Below are positions 1 through 12,060 of a stretch of 45,468 nucleotides of DNA, piece after piece. The notes below the pieces were generated by a model. It was not told the DNA's origin, did no database searches, and worked only from the letters and a program-made list of their open reading frames with translations. Source of the stretch: Jimgerdemannia flammicorona (lineage: Eukaryota). The stretch lies in assembly GCA_003990765.1 (NCBI GenBank), contig RBNJ01000061.1, positions 1 through 45,468 of the forward strand, given 5' to 3'. The first letter of the stretch is position 1. Each line of letters starts with the position of its first letter. The position numbers were made by a program, and so were the translations under genes.

Positions 1-1256
1 TTTTTTTTTGTTTTTTTTGGCGTCTTTGGACTTACGTGTGAGTAGAAATTTGAATCTTAATCAAGCCGTTATGAAACCTCATGCCTCGCCTCGCCAGCGG
101 CCACCGAATACTAACCGTCGTTGCGAATTGGGCCGCTTTCGAATTCGTCGTCATCAAGCTGTTTCTGTAGCTCACAAAGGATTGTAAACAACTTCATTTG
201 TTTCACCTCTCTATCGCAGAGCATAACGTATAAAATATTCAAACAAGCGCGTGTGCAGTTGCGGAATTGTTGCTCAGAACTAAAAATTAGCGTAAGTTCA
301 CTAAATACATATTGTTGTTTGAATGTTTATTTGGCCAGGATTGACACCTTATGAGTCACGTTGCTGCCATTTAACAACCTACATTGACGTAAACGCTCTA
401 TTAATAATCGCACACTTCCATTCCTTGAAGTGCATCGAAATCCACGTATGATTGCCAATCCTCTTTTACGTTGTGGCGAAGAGGAGGGACCAAACAGACA
501 GGCAACGGAATAGAGAACCGACTCCCGCTGGACAAGCGGTTAGATTAAAAAAAAATTGCAAGACATGCTGGATCGTCTGATCTTGACTTTTGCCATGCCA
601 GTCAAGACTAATACCAAAAAATGGGGAAATATAGATGGCTTGCACCTGGTACCGTTGGGTGATTGGATTACATATATAGGCTATTCTGTACAAATTGAGC
701 AGCAAATTATGGGATGTGGACAAACCCCTTATGAGTGGAAATGTTTCTTCGACTGCACAATTAAAACGGTTATCTGCGTTTCAGAGGGAATCCTAGGATT
801 TTCTATTGATATTATGCGGCTGAAACAATGATTTCAAACTATTTATATTGGTCGGTTAGAATATCCGATACTAGAGGAATGAGAGACATTTGCAACAACG
901 GATTCCTTCAATTCCGCACCAAATCGGAGATCAACAGGCAATATTCCAAGAATTTTTTTTTTTTTTCTTTCTTGCGTAGCATCTTGAGCACTCATGTTGC
1001 ATTAAACGTGAGGAATTTAGTTTAGATCATAATACTTGGCAAGTGGCTCGTTTGTTTAGTTAACATTAAACATGCTAGAACTTGAAATGGCGCGTATGGG
1101 TGATTTTATCTCAAATCGATATTTGGATATTATTGTGATTTCGTTAATAAGCATTTGAGAGTTGTCAAGAGTTAACCGGTGAAATTGGTATGGTTGAATT
1201 CTACCAGCTCAATGACATTTGAAGACTCGTGCTTTAAGATTCTTCCCGATCTACTA

Positions 1257-1897
1257 CTACTCCTGTACAGTCACTTCCAGCCAACCATCGTCCCCTATCC
1301 CCACCTGCACATCCGACAAATCCCTCACAATCACATCCGCCTCCACCTCCATCATTTGTTCCTTCCGATGTGTTGTCAACAGCCCGATCGAGTGCATCCC
1401 GCTTGCCTTTGCAGCCCTCACCCCCACCGTAGCGTCCTCCACCACAGTACACTCCTCAGGCAGAAATACTAGCTCCCGTCCAGCCCCGGTATACCCCTCG
1501 GGATCCGGTTTCCCCAGTTTAACCATATCCCTGCGTGGTATCGGAACGTCGCATTAATTCAATCGCGCTTCGGCCATGAACGTCCGCCGCCCGTGCATAT
1601 TGCCCAGCAGTCCGAAGGTAAGGTGTTGAGAATGGCGCAGACGCCCGGCAGTAGAGCCACGCCGTCGCTCTACGGCGCCAGGGCCTGCTCATATATATTT
1701 ACAAGCTCCTCGGTGGCAATGTGCGGAACATGCTCACGGATTAAGTCGATGGTACGTCGGCCGTGTGACGTTGCGAGGATGACGGAAGTGTCGAGATTGT
1801 GTCCTGCCGCGAAGTTGCGCCAGTGGGCTTCGACCAAGGGCGTGGCGTCAAGATCGAAGATGAAGCATTTGGTACGGAAGGTTTTGGAGACGGTCAT
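1257..1897 (-). pseudogene. HAD-superfamily sugar/glycerol-phosphate phosphatase pseudogene (Gpp/Dog/YfbT-like), intronless
   Basis: Joined frames read MTVSKTFRTKCFIFDLD-ATPLVEAHW...ILATSHGRRTID...ALAP*SDGVALLPGV...WAICTGG (frameshift) MAEARLN*CDVPIP...VKLGKPDPEGY...CTVVEDATVGVRAAKASGM. HAD motifs I (truncated DxDGT), II, III (GKPDP) and IV (ED) are recognisable. Lesions: in-frame TAG at 1670-1672, a frameshift near 1580, a TAA near 1555, and short deletions. Confidence 0.85.
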
Positions 1898-2149
1898 GTT
1901 CGTACTATGTGTGAGGAAACTCCAGAAATGAGATGTGTAGAAGGATTTTTATAAGGTCGATTCGAATTTGTGAATTACATTGAGACCGCCCAACCACATG
2001 AATCCAAGTTACTGACGTTCATCGATTGAACTCTAACACGAATTTATCAGCCTGTCAGATTGCGATGCCAAATATGGAGTAGTCCTACCGCTACGCATTC
2101 GATAGATCGATTGATACGTGTCATACAACTGCATCACGTGCCCCGCCTG

Positions 2150-2414
2150 CAGCATGACGACATGCTGTCAATGGGTCGAAAGCCTGCTGGCCACGCTCTT
2201 CGAAATCTTTATTCGCCGAGTTTCATTGTCCTATGAGCTTTTTGGTTTTAATTTTACACACCTCATAAGCCAAAGTGCGTCTCATGATACTTTCAACGGA
2301 GCTTTGTATTCTAAACCTATAGGAAATTTTGGCACACTTGATAGAACATATTGACTTTGTAGGACAAGGTGTCCACCAAAAGCCAACTTGTTTGACCATT
2401 TGTTTGATCACTTG

Positions 2415-2457
<43 letters not shown>

Positions 2458-2875
2458 GCGGAGATCCGTAATATAAAGAGAATGCGGCGTTTTAAAGTGA
2501 CCAATGTACCCCAACGATTACAAGGAAAAATATGTCCTCTCCAATGAAACGTTCAACAGAGTTTTGGGTCATCTGTTAAGGGACTCCGACCTGTGCCTCT
2601 ATTTGGTAAATTTAAGCATCAAACTGTCGTGTTCGTATAGGCCTGAGAGAAATTGATACTTTCCAGCAAAAGAGATGCTCAAACCAATTAATGAAACACC
2701 TAAATGTACCGCACTTCTGTTTCAAAATCACATCGCTCCGGCCGTTCTACAATCTGTGTTCTGTAACACGCCGAACTCAACACGTCTTGCGCGTTAACTA
2801 TGTGGTCTGACATCTAGACACACTTCCAATTTTTGGGCTCAGGATGTGTTGTGCATTGGTGCTTTGTAGATTAGA
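2150..2875. repeat. Dispersed non-coding repeat, copy 1 (contains T19-A24 tract at 2415-2457)
   Basis: Colinear with 14152-14958 in the same orientation. Shared blocks include AAATCTTTATTCGCCGAGTTTCATTGTC, GAGAATGCGGCGTTTTAAAGTGAC, GAGTTTTGGGTCATCTGT and CTCAACACGTCTTGCGCG. Confidence 0.9.
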
Positions 2876-4399
2876 TTAGACTTATATCTTGTCATTGAGA
2901 TGTGCCTAACCAATGTTGAAAAAAAGGCATCCCCTGAAAAACTGATGGATATAGATTGTATATTACGAGCGCCCTATCCGTAATCTGAGATGGTGGCAAC
3001 CAGACTTAACAGCACTAAAAACCTTTCTTTATTCATTCACCTCCTTGTATACCTTCAAAGGTTTATACTGTGCCATTCAGTAATGATGGCTAATAGTCCC
3101 TTATGGCTATCGATGGATTGATGATCAATATACTCATATTGTTCTTTGTTCTCTTGTATTGCTCCTTTTTTTCTTGCCTTGCGTTTCTCCTTATAATTTT
3201 GTAAGGTATCACTCCTTTCCATCTTGCCTCGCATTGTTCTATTTCATCTTGCCTTGCCTTGTTCCTTTTTGTCACGAGATATTATAAAAATTCTCTCCCA
3301 ATGGCTCTTCTTTCTCATCAAACATACTTTGTCGCTGGCACAGCAGCGTCCATCCATCTCTATAATGTCAAACATACCAACCCCCACCTCCCTATACCCC
3401 ACCTTCATCGAAGCCTCCACCAAGAGCCGCCTCCCCAAGCCCTATGTCACATGAATCTGAAAAAATGGACATTCATCTGAATCTAAGAAGGACGTGATTG
3501 CCTCCTGCGAACCCAAACGAAAGGCCTCAACGTCTGCTCCCTGGCGTCCACTGTCTCAACCAATGTCCATCAATGTCAAGTATGCGAACTTGCATCGACC
3601 GTGATTACAATGGAACTCGTGGGATCCTCCTACGGTCATTGTTGATGGAGCCATTGTCATGCTTTAGAGCATGGCAATGTTAGCCGTACTAGTGATTGCT
3701 AAGAGTTACTTGAAATTACCTAGTATTGATGTAATAAAATACATCCGAATTATTTGTATGGTTACCTGACACTGAATATAACCAGGACCATGTCAATTGT
3801 GCTACGTTTTGATGTCTTGTAGAAGGCTTTCATTGGATTTGCATACTTGGATGACATGAAAATATGCACGGTTTTGTTTTAAATTGACATACGTTGTTCC
3901 ACTAACGGGTCGTTCGGAACTGTGGCGTTGGTCTTGAGGCGGGTTAAATGCGTGTGAATATTTTTTGCACAAGTCAACAAATATCAAATATGAGGTCAGC
4001 AAGCATTGCGACCTGACCTTAATTAATGAATTTAGTTCCCACAGATCCAAATTGATCATCAGACCACCAAATTACAAGTTCTTGAAGACGAGCATAAGCG
4101 CTGGGGTATTTGAAACTTGAAATGATATTGCTTGACTGATCGACAGTCCAAAGAAAACAATTGATTACATTTCCGGGATAAACCTGTTCCTTTTGTTTGC
4201 GTTTCGCATGCAAAGGTTGCAAGGTTTGATTGCTCAACGAAAGTGTTAGTCAATATTGGAATGATTAACAATCTGCGCACACGAATGCACGTTACTTGAG
4301 AAAATCTGAGCATTCACTTTTTGATGACATCCATCGGCGGAGTCAAAATTGCGAAACAGCTCCACTCGTTTTCTCAGTACTGCTACAACCATAAACAAA

Positions 4400-5794
4400 A
4401 TGGTCAACACCAAAACTAGTTCAAACCATTCTAACGCCAGCATTTATCTCCCACCGGAGATGTTGGAGCACATCTTCAACTTCCTCCCGAACCCGTCTTC
4501 CGACCCATCGCACTTGCTGGCGCTTCTAGCCAGCTCCCTCGTCTCAACCGAATGGCGGGCAGCCGCATTCCTAAAAATCGCCAAACTCGACGAGATCCTG
4601 GTCGACCACTACACCGTCGCCGACGTCGCCAGATTCCGAAACCTCGTCGCCAAATCCGTGGAGCTCAGTCTACCTGTGCCCGTCATAGAGATAGTCTACC
4701 TTGCCAGCCTCCATCGCGTCGTCGCTGACGACAATGTCGACGAGGATGCCAAATATCACGGCGAGGCAATCGTAAATCTTTGCGACGCTCTACCCGCAAG
4801 GTGTTTTGTTTTTGGTATCCTTGGTTCCCGGAGCCTTCACTACTGTTTGGACGGTCCGATAATGCCAATCCTGCCACCGCATGTCGCTCGTATCGACGTG
4901 TTGTTTGAAAGATTGGCTGCAGGTTCGAACCGTTTGAAGGCATTGATAATTTACGATGTTTTTGTTACGGAAGCCGCCATCACACAGTCGTTAATGGAAT
5001 TCGCGAGAAAGATGGCCCCACGTCTGTACCACCTCAATTTAAACGGCGTCCATTATCTTGAAAATATTGAGAGTAACAACAATGCCCTAAGGGCATGCCG
5101 AAACCTCACATCACTTACCCTCACACCTACTGTTCATCACTCCGACATGCTTGCCACTGCCCTCCCTTTGTTACCCAACCTAATTGAACTCTTCTTCTCG
5201 GCCGAGGCCCCAGCTTCGTCAAATTACGACACCCAGCAAGTGCTCTTTGCCGTGTCGAAGTCATGCCCGCACCTCGAAAGTCTGACGATTAGTGACTGGC
5301 ATCGCCGAGACGATGGATTTGAAACAGCCGCCGCCGCTCTCGCCAACGTTCTTTACAACTGCCAGCTTCAGAGCCTCGAAATGACTTGCTGCGACGTCGC
5401 CGACGACTTCCTGTTCGAATACCTCCTCACATCCGCGCCAAACCTTATGCAACTGGAGTTCCTATATTGCAACAAACTCACCGGGAGACGCGTTACTGAC
5501 TCTGCGCAATCCGCCGTACTGGCCCAACTGTGCGCGTCGACAACCCAGCTCCAAGGGCAGGCGGGACCTGAAAACATTGTTCACTCTCGCCTTGAGGATC
5601 TTCGCATGTATGGCTGTAGTCGTCTGGCGCCCGAGATTATCACGCACGTCCTGACCAGGTGTCCTGACCTCTGGAGGCTGGCAAGCACCCTACCTGATGG
5701 CCAAGATATGATGACATTCTTCGCCCCATTATCCGCCGCGAATTTTGAGCAGGATCAAGTTACAACAAATTGTTGGGTGTGGGTGCACAAGTAA
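4400..5794 (+). CDS. F-box / leucine-rich-repeat (RNI-like) protein, 464 aa, intronless
   Basis: Long uninterrupted ORF with first ATG at 4400 in AAAATGG context. It has an N-terminal F-box (LPPEMLEHIFNFL...LLASSLVSTEWRAAA) followed by LRR-like units (CRNLTSLTL, LPNLIELFF, CPHLESLTI, APNLMQLEFLYCNKLT, LEDLRMYGCSRL, CPDLWRL). Confidence 0.9.
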   Translation: MVNTKTSSNHSNASIYLPPEMLEHIFNFLPNPSSDPSHLLALLASSLVSTEWRAAAFLKIAKLDEILVDHYTVADVARFRNLVAKSVELSLPVPVIEIVYLASLHRVVADDNVDEDAKYHGEAIVNLCDALPARCFVFGILGSRSLHYCLDGPIMPILPPHVARIDVLFERLAAGSNRLKALIIYDVFVTEAAITQSLMEFARKMAPRLYHLNLNGVHYLENIESNNNALRACRNLTSLTLTPTVHHSDMLATALPLLPNLIELFFSAEAPASSNYDTQQVLFAVSKSCPHLESLTISDWHRRDDGFETAAAALANVLYNCQLQSLEMTCCDVADDFLFEYLLTSAPNLMQLEFLYCNKLTGRRVTDSAQSAVLAQLCASTTQLQGQAGPENIVHSRLEDLRMYGCSRLAPEIITHVLTRCPDLWRLASTLPDGQDMMTFFAPLSAANFEQDQVTTNCWVWVHK

Positions 5795-7949
5795 TGGCCC
5801 AGCAGGTGGATCCTTGTAATAATCGATTTACAAGACAGGAAGTACGCTACAAGCGTGTTTTTCCTAGAATCTTTCTAAATTGTACTGCAAGAATAATTCC
5901 TTGAAGACAATGTTTAGAGGTGATGGCAAATGTAACAGTTCAATATTAGTGAATGAATCCCTAAATTTGAGAGAATTAATAAAGGATTGACGCTTTGAAC
6001 TATATGAATAATAGAATTCAACTATAAACGATATGTTTCCTTGCAAAAGCGCATCAGATTGAAAATTTTCAAGACTAGGCAATGAAGAGAAAAATAGTAT
6101 AACACACTCGAGACACAAAGCCAACAGTTTAAATCGTTCGGTAAAGAAGTTTGGTGAAGATCATGAAACGTTTTTTCAATCGAGAACCTTTTATATATGA
6201 CAAAGAGGATATATATAACGGTTGATATTCGGAGCCCTTCCTATTTTTATATTTTTATATCTGATCATGACGATTCCAATGTAAAGTTACTTTGTGAAGC
6301 ATGTAATCAAGACCCACTCCACGGCCAATCAGCCGTCAGCCAAGGAAATTTTACCAAAGAGGAGATGCATTCTCATAGTGGCAACTGGTGGAGCGAACAT
6401 GGCTTTTGTCTTGATTCTGGGGCTGTGTCATATTATACATTACTTGACGATTAATTATTGTGCTAATAAATATATAGAAATATGCTGTTCAATTTTACCC
6501 GTTTATCCAGCCTTGTGACCGTCAAGTTGCTTGGACATTGCCGCCATTCTGAATATAGTCTCCACACCTTGACCCATACATGCCAAACCCATGAGGATCC
6601 ACCTGAGACTGACCTCTCCGTTCTCCTTCGTGCCGAGTCAAGGCTTCCGCCCCCACACTATCGGCCGCTCGCTGCGCCACAGGCCGCCCATCTCTTGGAC
6701 GCCCAGGAAGAGAGGAGGACAATCGTACCTCGTTCTCCGATGCTGCAGCAGCCTCAGCAGGAGCGTGAGGACGCGGCGATGACGAAAACAACCCCATGGA
6801 TGCCACTGTTACGTAGGAAGAGGCGTAGCGGGCGTGATCCAGTACGGACGTTCGACCTCAGGCGCGCCGGCGACCTCGCGTCGTCACAAGTTCCCGTTCG
6901 ATGATGACGCGCTGGAATCGGGAAGGAGTTGGACAGGATGGGAGAGGGAGAGGGAGGAAGGGTTGCGCCGGCGACGTGAGTGTCCAGTTTATTTTGTGGG
7001 AATCAGAATCTCATGGGCGAGCTGGCAAGGGAGAGAGGGGGGGAGAAGGCGAGCATGGAGGAAGGACAAAGAATGGGAGGTTAAGGTGATATGTATTGTG
7101 TGGCATATATTGATTTTGCTGTGTTTTGGGTGAGATGGCGGAACACGACTTTACGTCTATTATATTCTTACCCATATCCTTATGCCATTCCATCACCCAT
7201 GCGCAAGACAATTCACGAAGTTAACTGCCGCGATGGCACCGTCATCGGCCTAATGGAAGGGCTCAACGTCCCTGCCACCGACAACATTGTTGTCATGTAC
7301 TGGGAGGACGAAGTGGGTTTCGTTGACTTGTGTGAGTTGAGGATTTGTAGACGTGTCGTGGTGTGTGTGGTTAGGGTGAAATGTGGCGTTTTCGCTTCGT
7401 GCGGGACTCGGTATTACTATTTCCCTCCACCGTATCTGCTTCCTGAAACTTCTGTCTTAATCTATATCATCCTTCTTCCCTGCCGTGCCGCAGATCGTCG
7501 ACTCCATCAACCATGTCCTGTGGACCAACAACTGGGAGGCAGACAAGGGGGACGGACATGAAGCACTGGAAGCTATTCGAACCGTTCGTAGGGACAGATG
7601 ATCGACGGTGGGTTGGGGTGGATGGTTTCCTATTCTGTCTCTGTCTCAGGTTCCGCGGGCTCCTCACGTTCGGCATCATCAATGTGGTGCTGCTGCCATC
7701 ACCGGTATCAATGTCCATGTGGATTCTGCTGAGGAGTACTTGCCTGTATCATTGGCGACAGATCTGGGTACGGGGATAGAAGCAGACATACTGGACGCCA
7801 TGACGGAAAGGATGGCTACGTGTAGGATTGATAGAAGTCGTGAGAGAGGAGGGTGTAAAAGGAATTTGTTGGGGCTGCAGTCCATTTTCGTTTTTGCCAT
7901 GCATTGTCATTCTGTGCGTCCTGCAGTCTCATCCCCACTCTGCAATCCA

Positions 7950-8190
7950 TCGTTAACCATTATTGCTCTGACGGTTAACCATCATTGTGGGTTAACCATT
8001 GGTTTAACCATCACTTGTCGCTCTGCAGTTAACCGTCGTTCTGTAGCTAATCGCCGCCCTGAGTTCAATCATTGTTCTGCAATTAATTGTCAATTGTCAT
8101 TAGTCACTCATTGATTGACAGGTAATCGCCATTCTGTATTTTGCGTTTAATCGTCGCATGACATTTAATCATCGTGGCATTTGACTATTG
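7950..8190. repeat. Degenerate ~18-21 bp minisatellite
   Basis: Recurrent GTTAACCAT / GTTAACCGTCG / TAATCGCCG / TTTAATCGTCG units. Confidence 0.55.
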
Positions 8191-9285
8191 CCCTTCATCA
8201 TGTATTTAATAATTCTTTCGTGGCTGTGGTATTCGGATTACCTGGGTAGCCTGAATATATTTGGAGTCCTTGTATTGCAATATTAGATATGAATAATAAA
8301 CACCATTTACGGATATATCGGAGAGATGGAGATTCGCTGAATAGAACCCGAGACGTATCTAGCTCCAATATCGTAAAGTGGATGCTTCTCGTAAGACGAG
8401 AGCGTGCTGTTTATCGACTCGAACGATACAAATGGAGATAATTGTTCTAGTTTTTATTCATTTTGTTTTGTTTCTTAAGATTTGTGGTTTCATGTCTTGT
8501 CCCCCACCGACACCGAATGAACGAACCACTGGCTAAAAAAAAATTCACGCCAACAGACACAGCAAGTGAACCTTCACCTATAATCCAGGCCACAACGCCC
8601 ATGCACCTCATCACCGTATTCGAAATACAATAATGTAAAATATTCAGTAAAATTTGTGCTCTTTCCGAAGAGTTGATAACAATGTCGGGCGTGGAATTCT
8701 GTTTTGCAACATCTCACGAAATGTCGTTGTGTGATATTTATATTGTATTTTTGGAAGGTGCTATATGAACATTTGAATCTGCGCCTGTATAGTAATTTTG
8801 GACGTATATACCGTTTTTAGATTGGTGCGCCACTTTGCAACCATAGAGGTAACAGGTGCAAGGAGGTTACACTGTGGCGATGCATATGCCTTGCCTTCGG
8901 AGCCCACAGAAATCCCTACACAAAGGCCACAACCTAAGAACGAATCTCATACAGAGCTATCAGAAATACTGACAAAAGCCATTTCCTGCATGACCATACG
9001 CAAGTGCGTTGCTGGTGGGGTTTGTTCATGTTTTCCAAGGGTGAAATAGTGCCACGCAGGTTGGTGTTGAGCCTTCGTGGTGGTATGTATTTTTGGGCCT
9101 CAATTTTGGGATAAGCGAATATTGATGGGTGGTAGTTGAACTCACATGCACTGTTTCAGAGACTTGCTTGGGGTGCTGATCACCTCGCTGCTGATTTTAT
9201 ATATGAAGATGAATGGAGGAAGAGCGAATACATACACATCGCGAGCTTCATTCCATTACGTAGCTGCACACAATGCTTCACATAG

Positions 9286-9369
9286 TTCCGAGATTCAGCT
9301 CGGTCAAGGTCACGTTCTGCTTCATAGACTCGGCTAGGGCTCGTTTCCCCTCATCGCTAATTCTATTCC
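9286..9369 (-). pseudogene. Isolated 84-nt exon encoding one 28-aa ribonuclease-inhibitor-type LRR (relic of an RI-like LRR gene)
   Basis: AAG acceptor followed by exactly 84 nt encoding NRISDEGKRALAESMKQNVTLTELNLG. The donor reads CTATGTGA instead of GTATGTGA. The intron-start sequence is duplicated upstream (9262-9290 vs 9432-9458). Confidence 0.6.
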
Positions 9370-12060
9370 CTTTAAAATTAACAGGGAATGGGCGAACACG
9401 AACAGACGTAAGCATAATTTCATCACGCAACTGCACACAATCCTTCACATAGTTCTGACATACTGAGGAGTTCTTGGTCCCATTGGGAATAATTTTTCTT
9501 CCAGGCCGAGATCTCAGTTTGGTGGACTCTGTGCAGGTGTTCGAAGGGCTTGAGTCGGGCTAATAGACCCTGTAGGCGCTGTTGGCGGGTTAGGGCGGAC
9601 ATGGCTTTTGTAATGGTTCTTCGCCAGATGATGGCGCTGTCATATTATACATCACATGACCATTTAATAAATAACGCCTGCATGCATTAGGAACCTCCCG
9701 TTTCAATCGTTCCCTGCAGTCCAGCCTAGCTTAGTTCGGACTCAGTTAATGTACGCGCGCTATGCAGTAGTCGTCGTTTTCTTTGCCGTCCACCCCAGCA
9801 CATAGTCGTACGATATTTAGCAATTAGTCGTTAGTAATTTTGTATCTTCAGTTGCGCCCCTCCCACCCATCCCTCTTGGTTGAAGGACAACAACGGCCAC
9901 CTTCGCATATGAATGCGAATGGCGGGCCTTGCTTCCATATAGCCAAACCCATTACATTACATTTCTTCGCAACACGAATTTCGTTTACAATTATTTCACG
10001 ACCACTTATATCGTTTTTACGCGACGAGACACTTTGCCATGCGAAATTGAAATGTCTCCCGGTCACGAGAATAGATTTATACTTAACGCCAAGTCAGCTC
10101 TTGTGCTGGGTGTTGAATGAAGGGAGCAGAAGAAGTATCCGGGTGGTTTTGCTCTGTATAGGCTCTTTGATGGGTTGTAAGTTGCAAGTGGAGCAGTCAG
10201 TGATGCGAGCTTATCCCGTGAATGATGTCGAAGCACAAAAGGCTTTTCCTCTCCCGTGCAGCAACACTGCTGGTGTAACCTTGCATCTCTACCTCCAACC
10301 AATTCTGGAGTGCCCTCCCTTCTGCACCCCGGCTGCCATCCCACACCGTCCTGATACCGAGGTCTCATGGTTGACTATAATGATACCAACAGGTCAAGGA
10401 AGAAATGAAACAGCTTGGATATCCATATAATTTTTAAACTTTAGTTATCGCACGATTTGTCACAGATATGGGGGGACAAGGATCCCAAAGTCCGGTTTCG
10501 ATAAGTGGATGACCTTGAAATTACGTCGTGCGTCTCTTCCCGTTACCGTGACCATGCTTCATACCATAAGTATATATCACATTCCATTTATGTGATTATG
10601 GATTTATTCGCCGTCCTGTAGTGTATCATAATGTAGTTTTTCGAACCTTTCTTTTTCTTTACCATCAGGACCCGAAATGTCATGTGGATTTGGGGGAAGC
10701 ACGAATCCTGAAAGTCGCCTTCGTAGTGTTGTCATGTAAAATCAATGCTTTAGTTCATTGTAATTACCGCTGGCCATGCTAACCGTCCTTATTAAGCATC
10801 AATAAAGAAGAAATATTTTTCCATGACCGGTCTGAAATGTTTGCTCTACATCCTTCAGGATTCAATCTTTAGTTATCAGATCGCATAACATTTGTGTCGG
10901 TCCAGTCCCATAATCCCCTACTACTGGGTTCGAATAACTGCAGACCAGTTCTCGTGTTTTTTATAGGTTCAAAGGTAGACCATGGAAAATTTTACATTCG
11001 CGTAACTGAACCATTTAATCCACGGAGCATCCCGATCTCTTCCTCGGTTCGTTGGGAGACTAGTCGACTTCACCTTGCACGCTTCGAAACCTACGTGACA
11101 ACCAAGAGGATTTATGCGGAGTAAAAGGATGGCTTATACCGGGCATGCTACAAATACTCATACCCGTCAATTGTATTGAAAGAGAGTTTGGATTGAAGTT
11201 CACCACGATGGCATAAGACGTACCCCGCTTTAGGGTCTCTGAGTAACGGCCCCAAATCTGTTCTTCCGACAGCTCAACGCGTGTGTGGCGCGTGCCATAC
11301 CGTTCATGTAATAAGGTGTGTCCTATGAAGGGTCGACAAACGGAACGCAAGGAACCAATTTTCCGCAGGTAAATTGATTATCCCATTGTCAAATTTGAGT
11401 TGCCCGCTATGTCATCCCGTCCTCTCCTTTTTTTTTTTTTTGATAGCGCATAATTATTCTTCTGCTTACCGACATAGTGTCGTCGACGTGCCACACGGTT
11501 CACCGGAGACATTAACTTCCATCGCGCAGATCTGGTCCGTGGGAAAACATGAAGCTGTTGTTTCTTAAAATTTGGACCTTACTGCAGGTCATTTTATATT
11601 GGTTTCCGGCAAGCGGTTCTGACTCGCAGAGGAAATGCGCGGTGAACGATTTGAAATCGGCGTGTGGTCTGTGATGACATGCCCGCATTTTGAGGCAACT
11701 GTCAGCCAGCGCGGTCCTACTAACTGAATCGGAAGCCTATGTGACGAGATTTCCAGTTATTGAGGGCATGCTGTTATAACTTTGACAATTTAAAGGGATA
11801 TGATCTTTCAGTATATAGTTCATATGACTGCCACAGTAGTTCTCTCTTTTATATTATTGTCATTCCTTTTATAGTATCTATGTTTCTCAAAAGTTACCTT
11901 TGAATAGTTAGCTGCTCTTTTGACCTTATTGGCATTTCTTTCCTTTCATAATGGTGATTGTGTGATTTTCCAAGTATTTTTTTTCTTTATATTTGAAACG
12001 GTTCGACATCGACATTTACTTGGAACACACAAATCACATTGAAAGCGTGCGCATTCTTTC

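Noticed and set aside
121-1025. Short ORFs at the window start
   Set aside because: No recognisable motifs or consistent splice model.
2118-2547. ORFs with poly-Phe/poly-Lys runs
   Set aside because: Artefacts of the T/A homopolymers in a non-coding repeat; the frames are not conserved in copy 2.
3365-3680. MSNIPTPTSLYPTF... coding-like stretch with in-frame TGA codons
   Set aside because: Could be a relic, but no family is recognisable and support is too weak.
9840-11350. ORFs of 196, 101 and 96 aa
   Set aside because: Mostly non-ATG starts, no motifs and no coding-like consistency.
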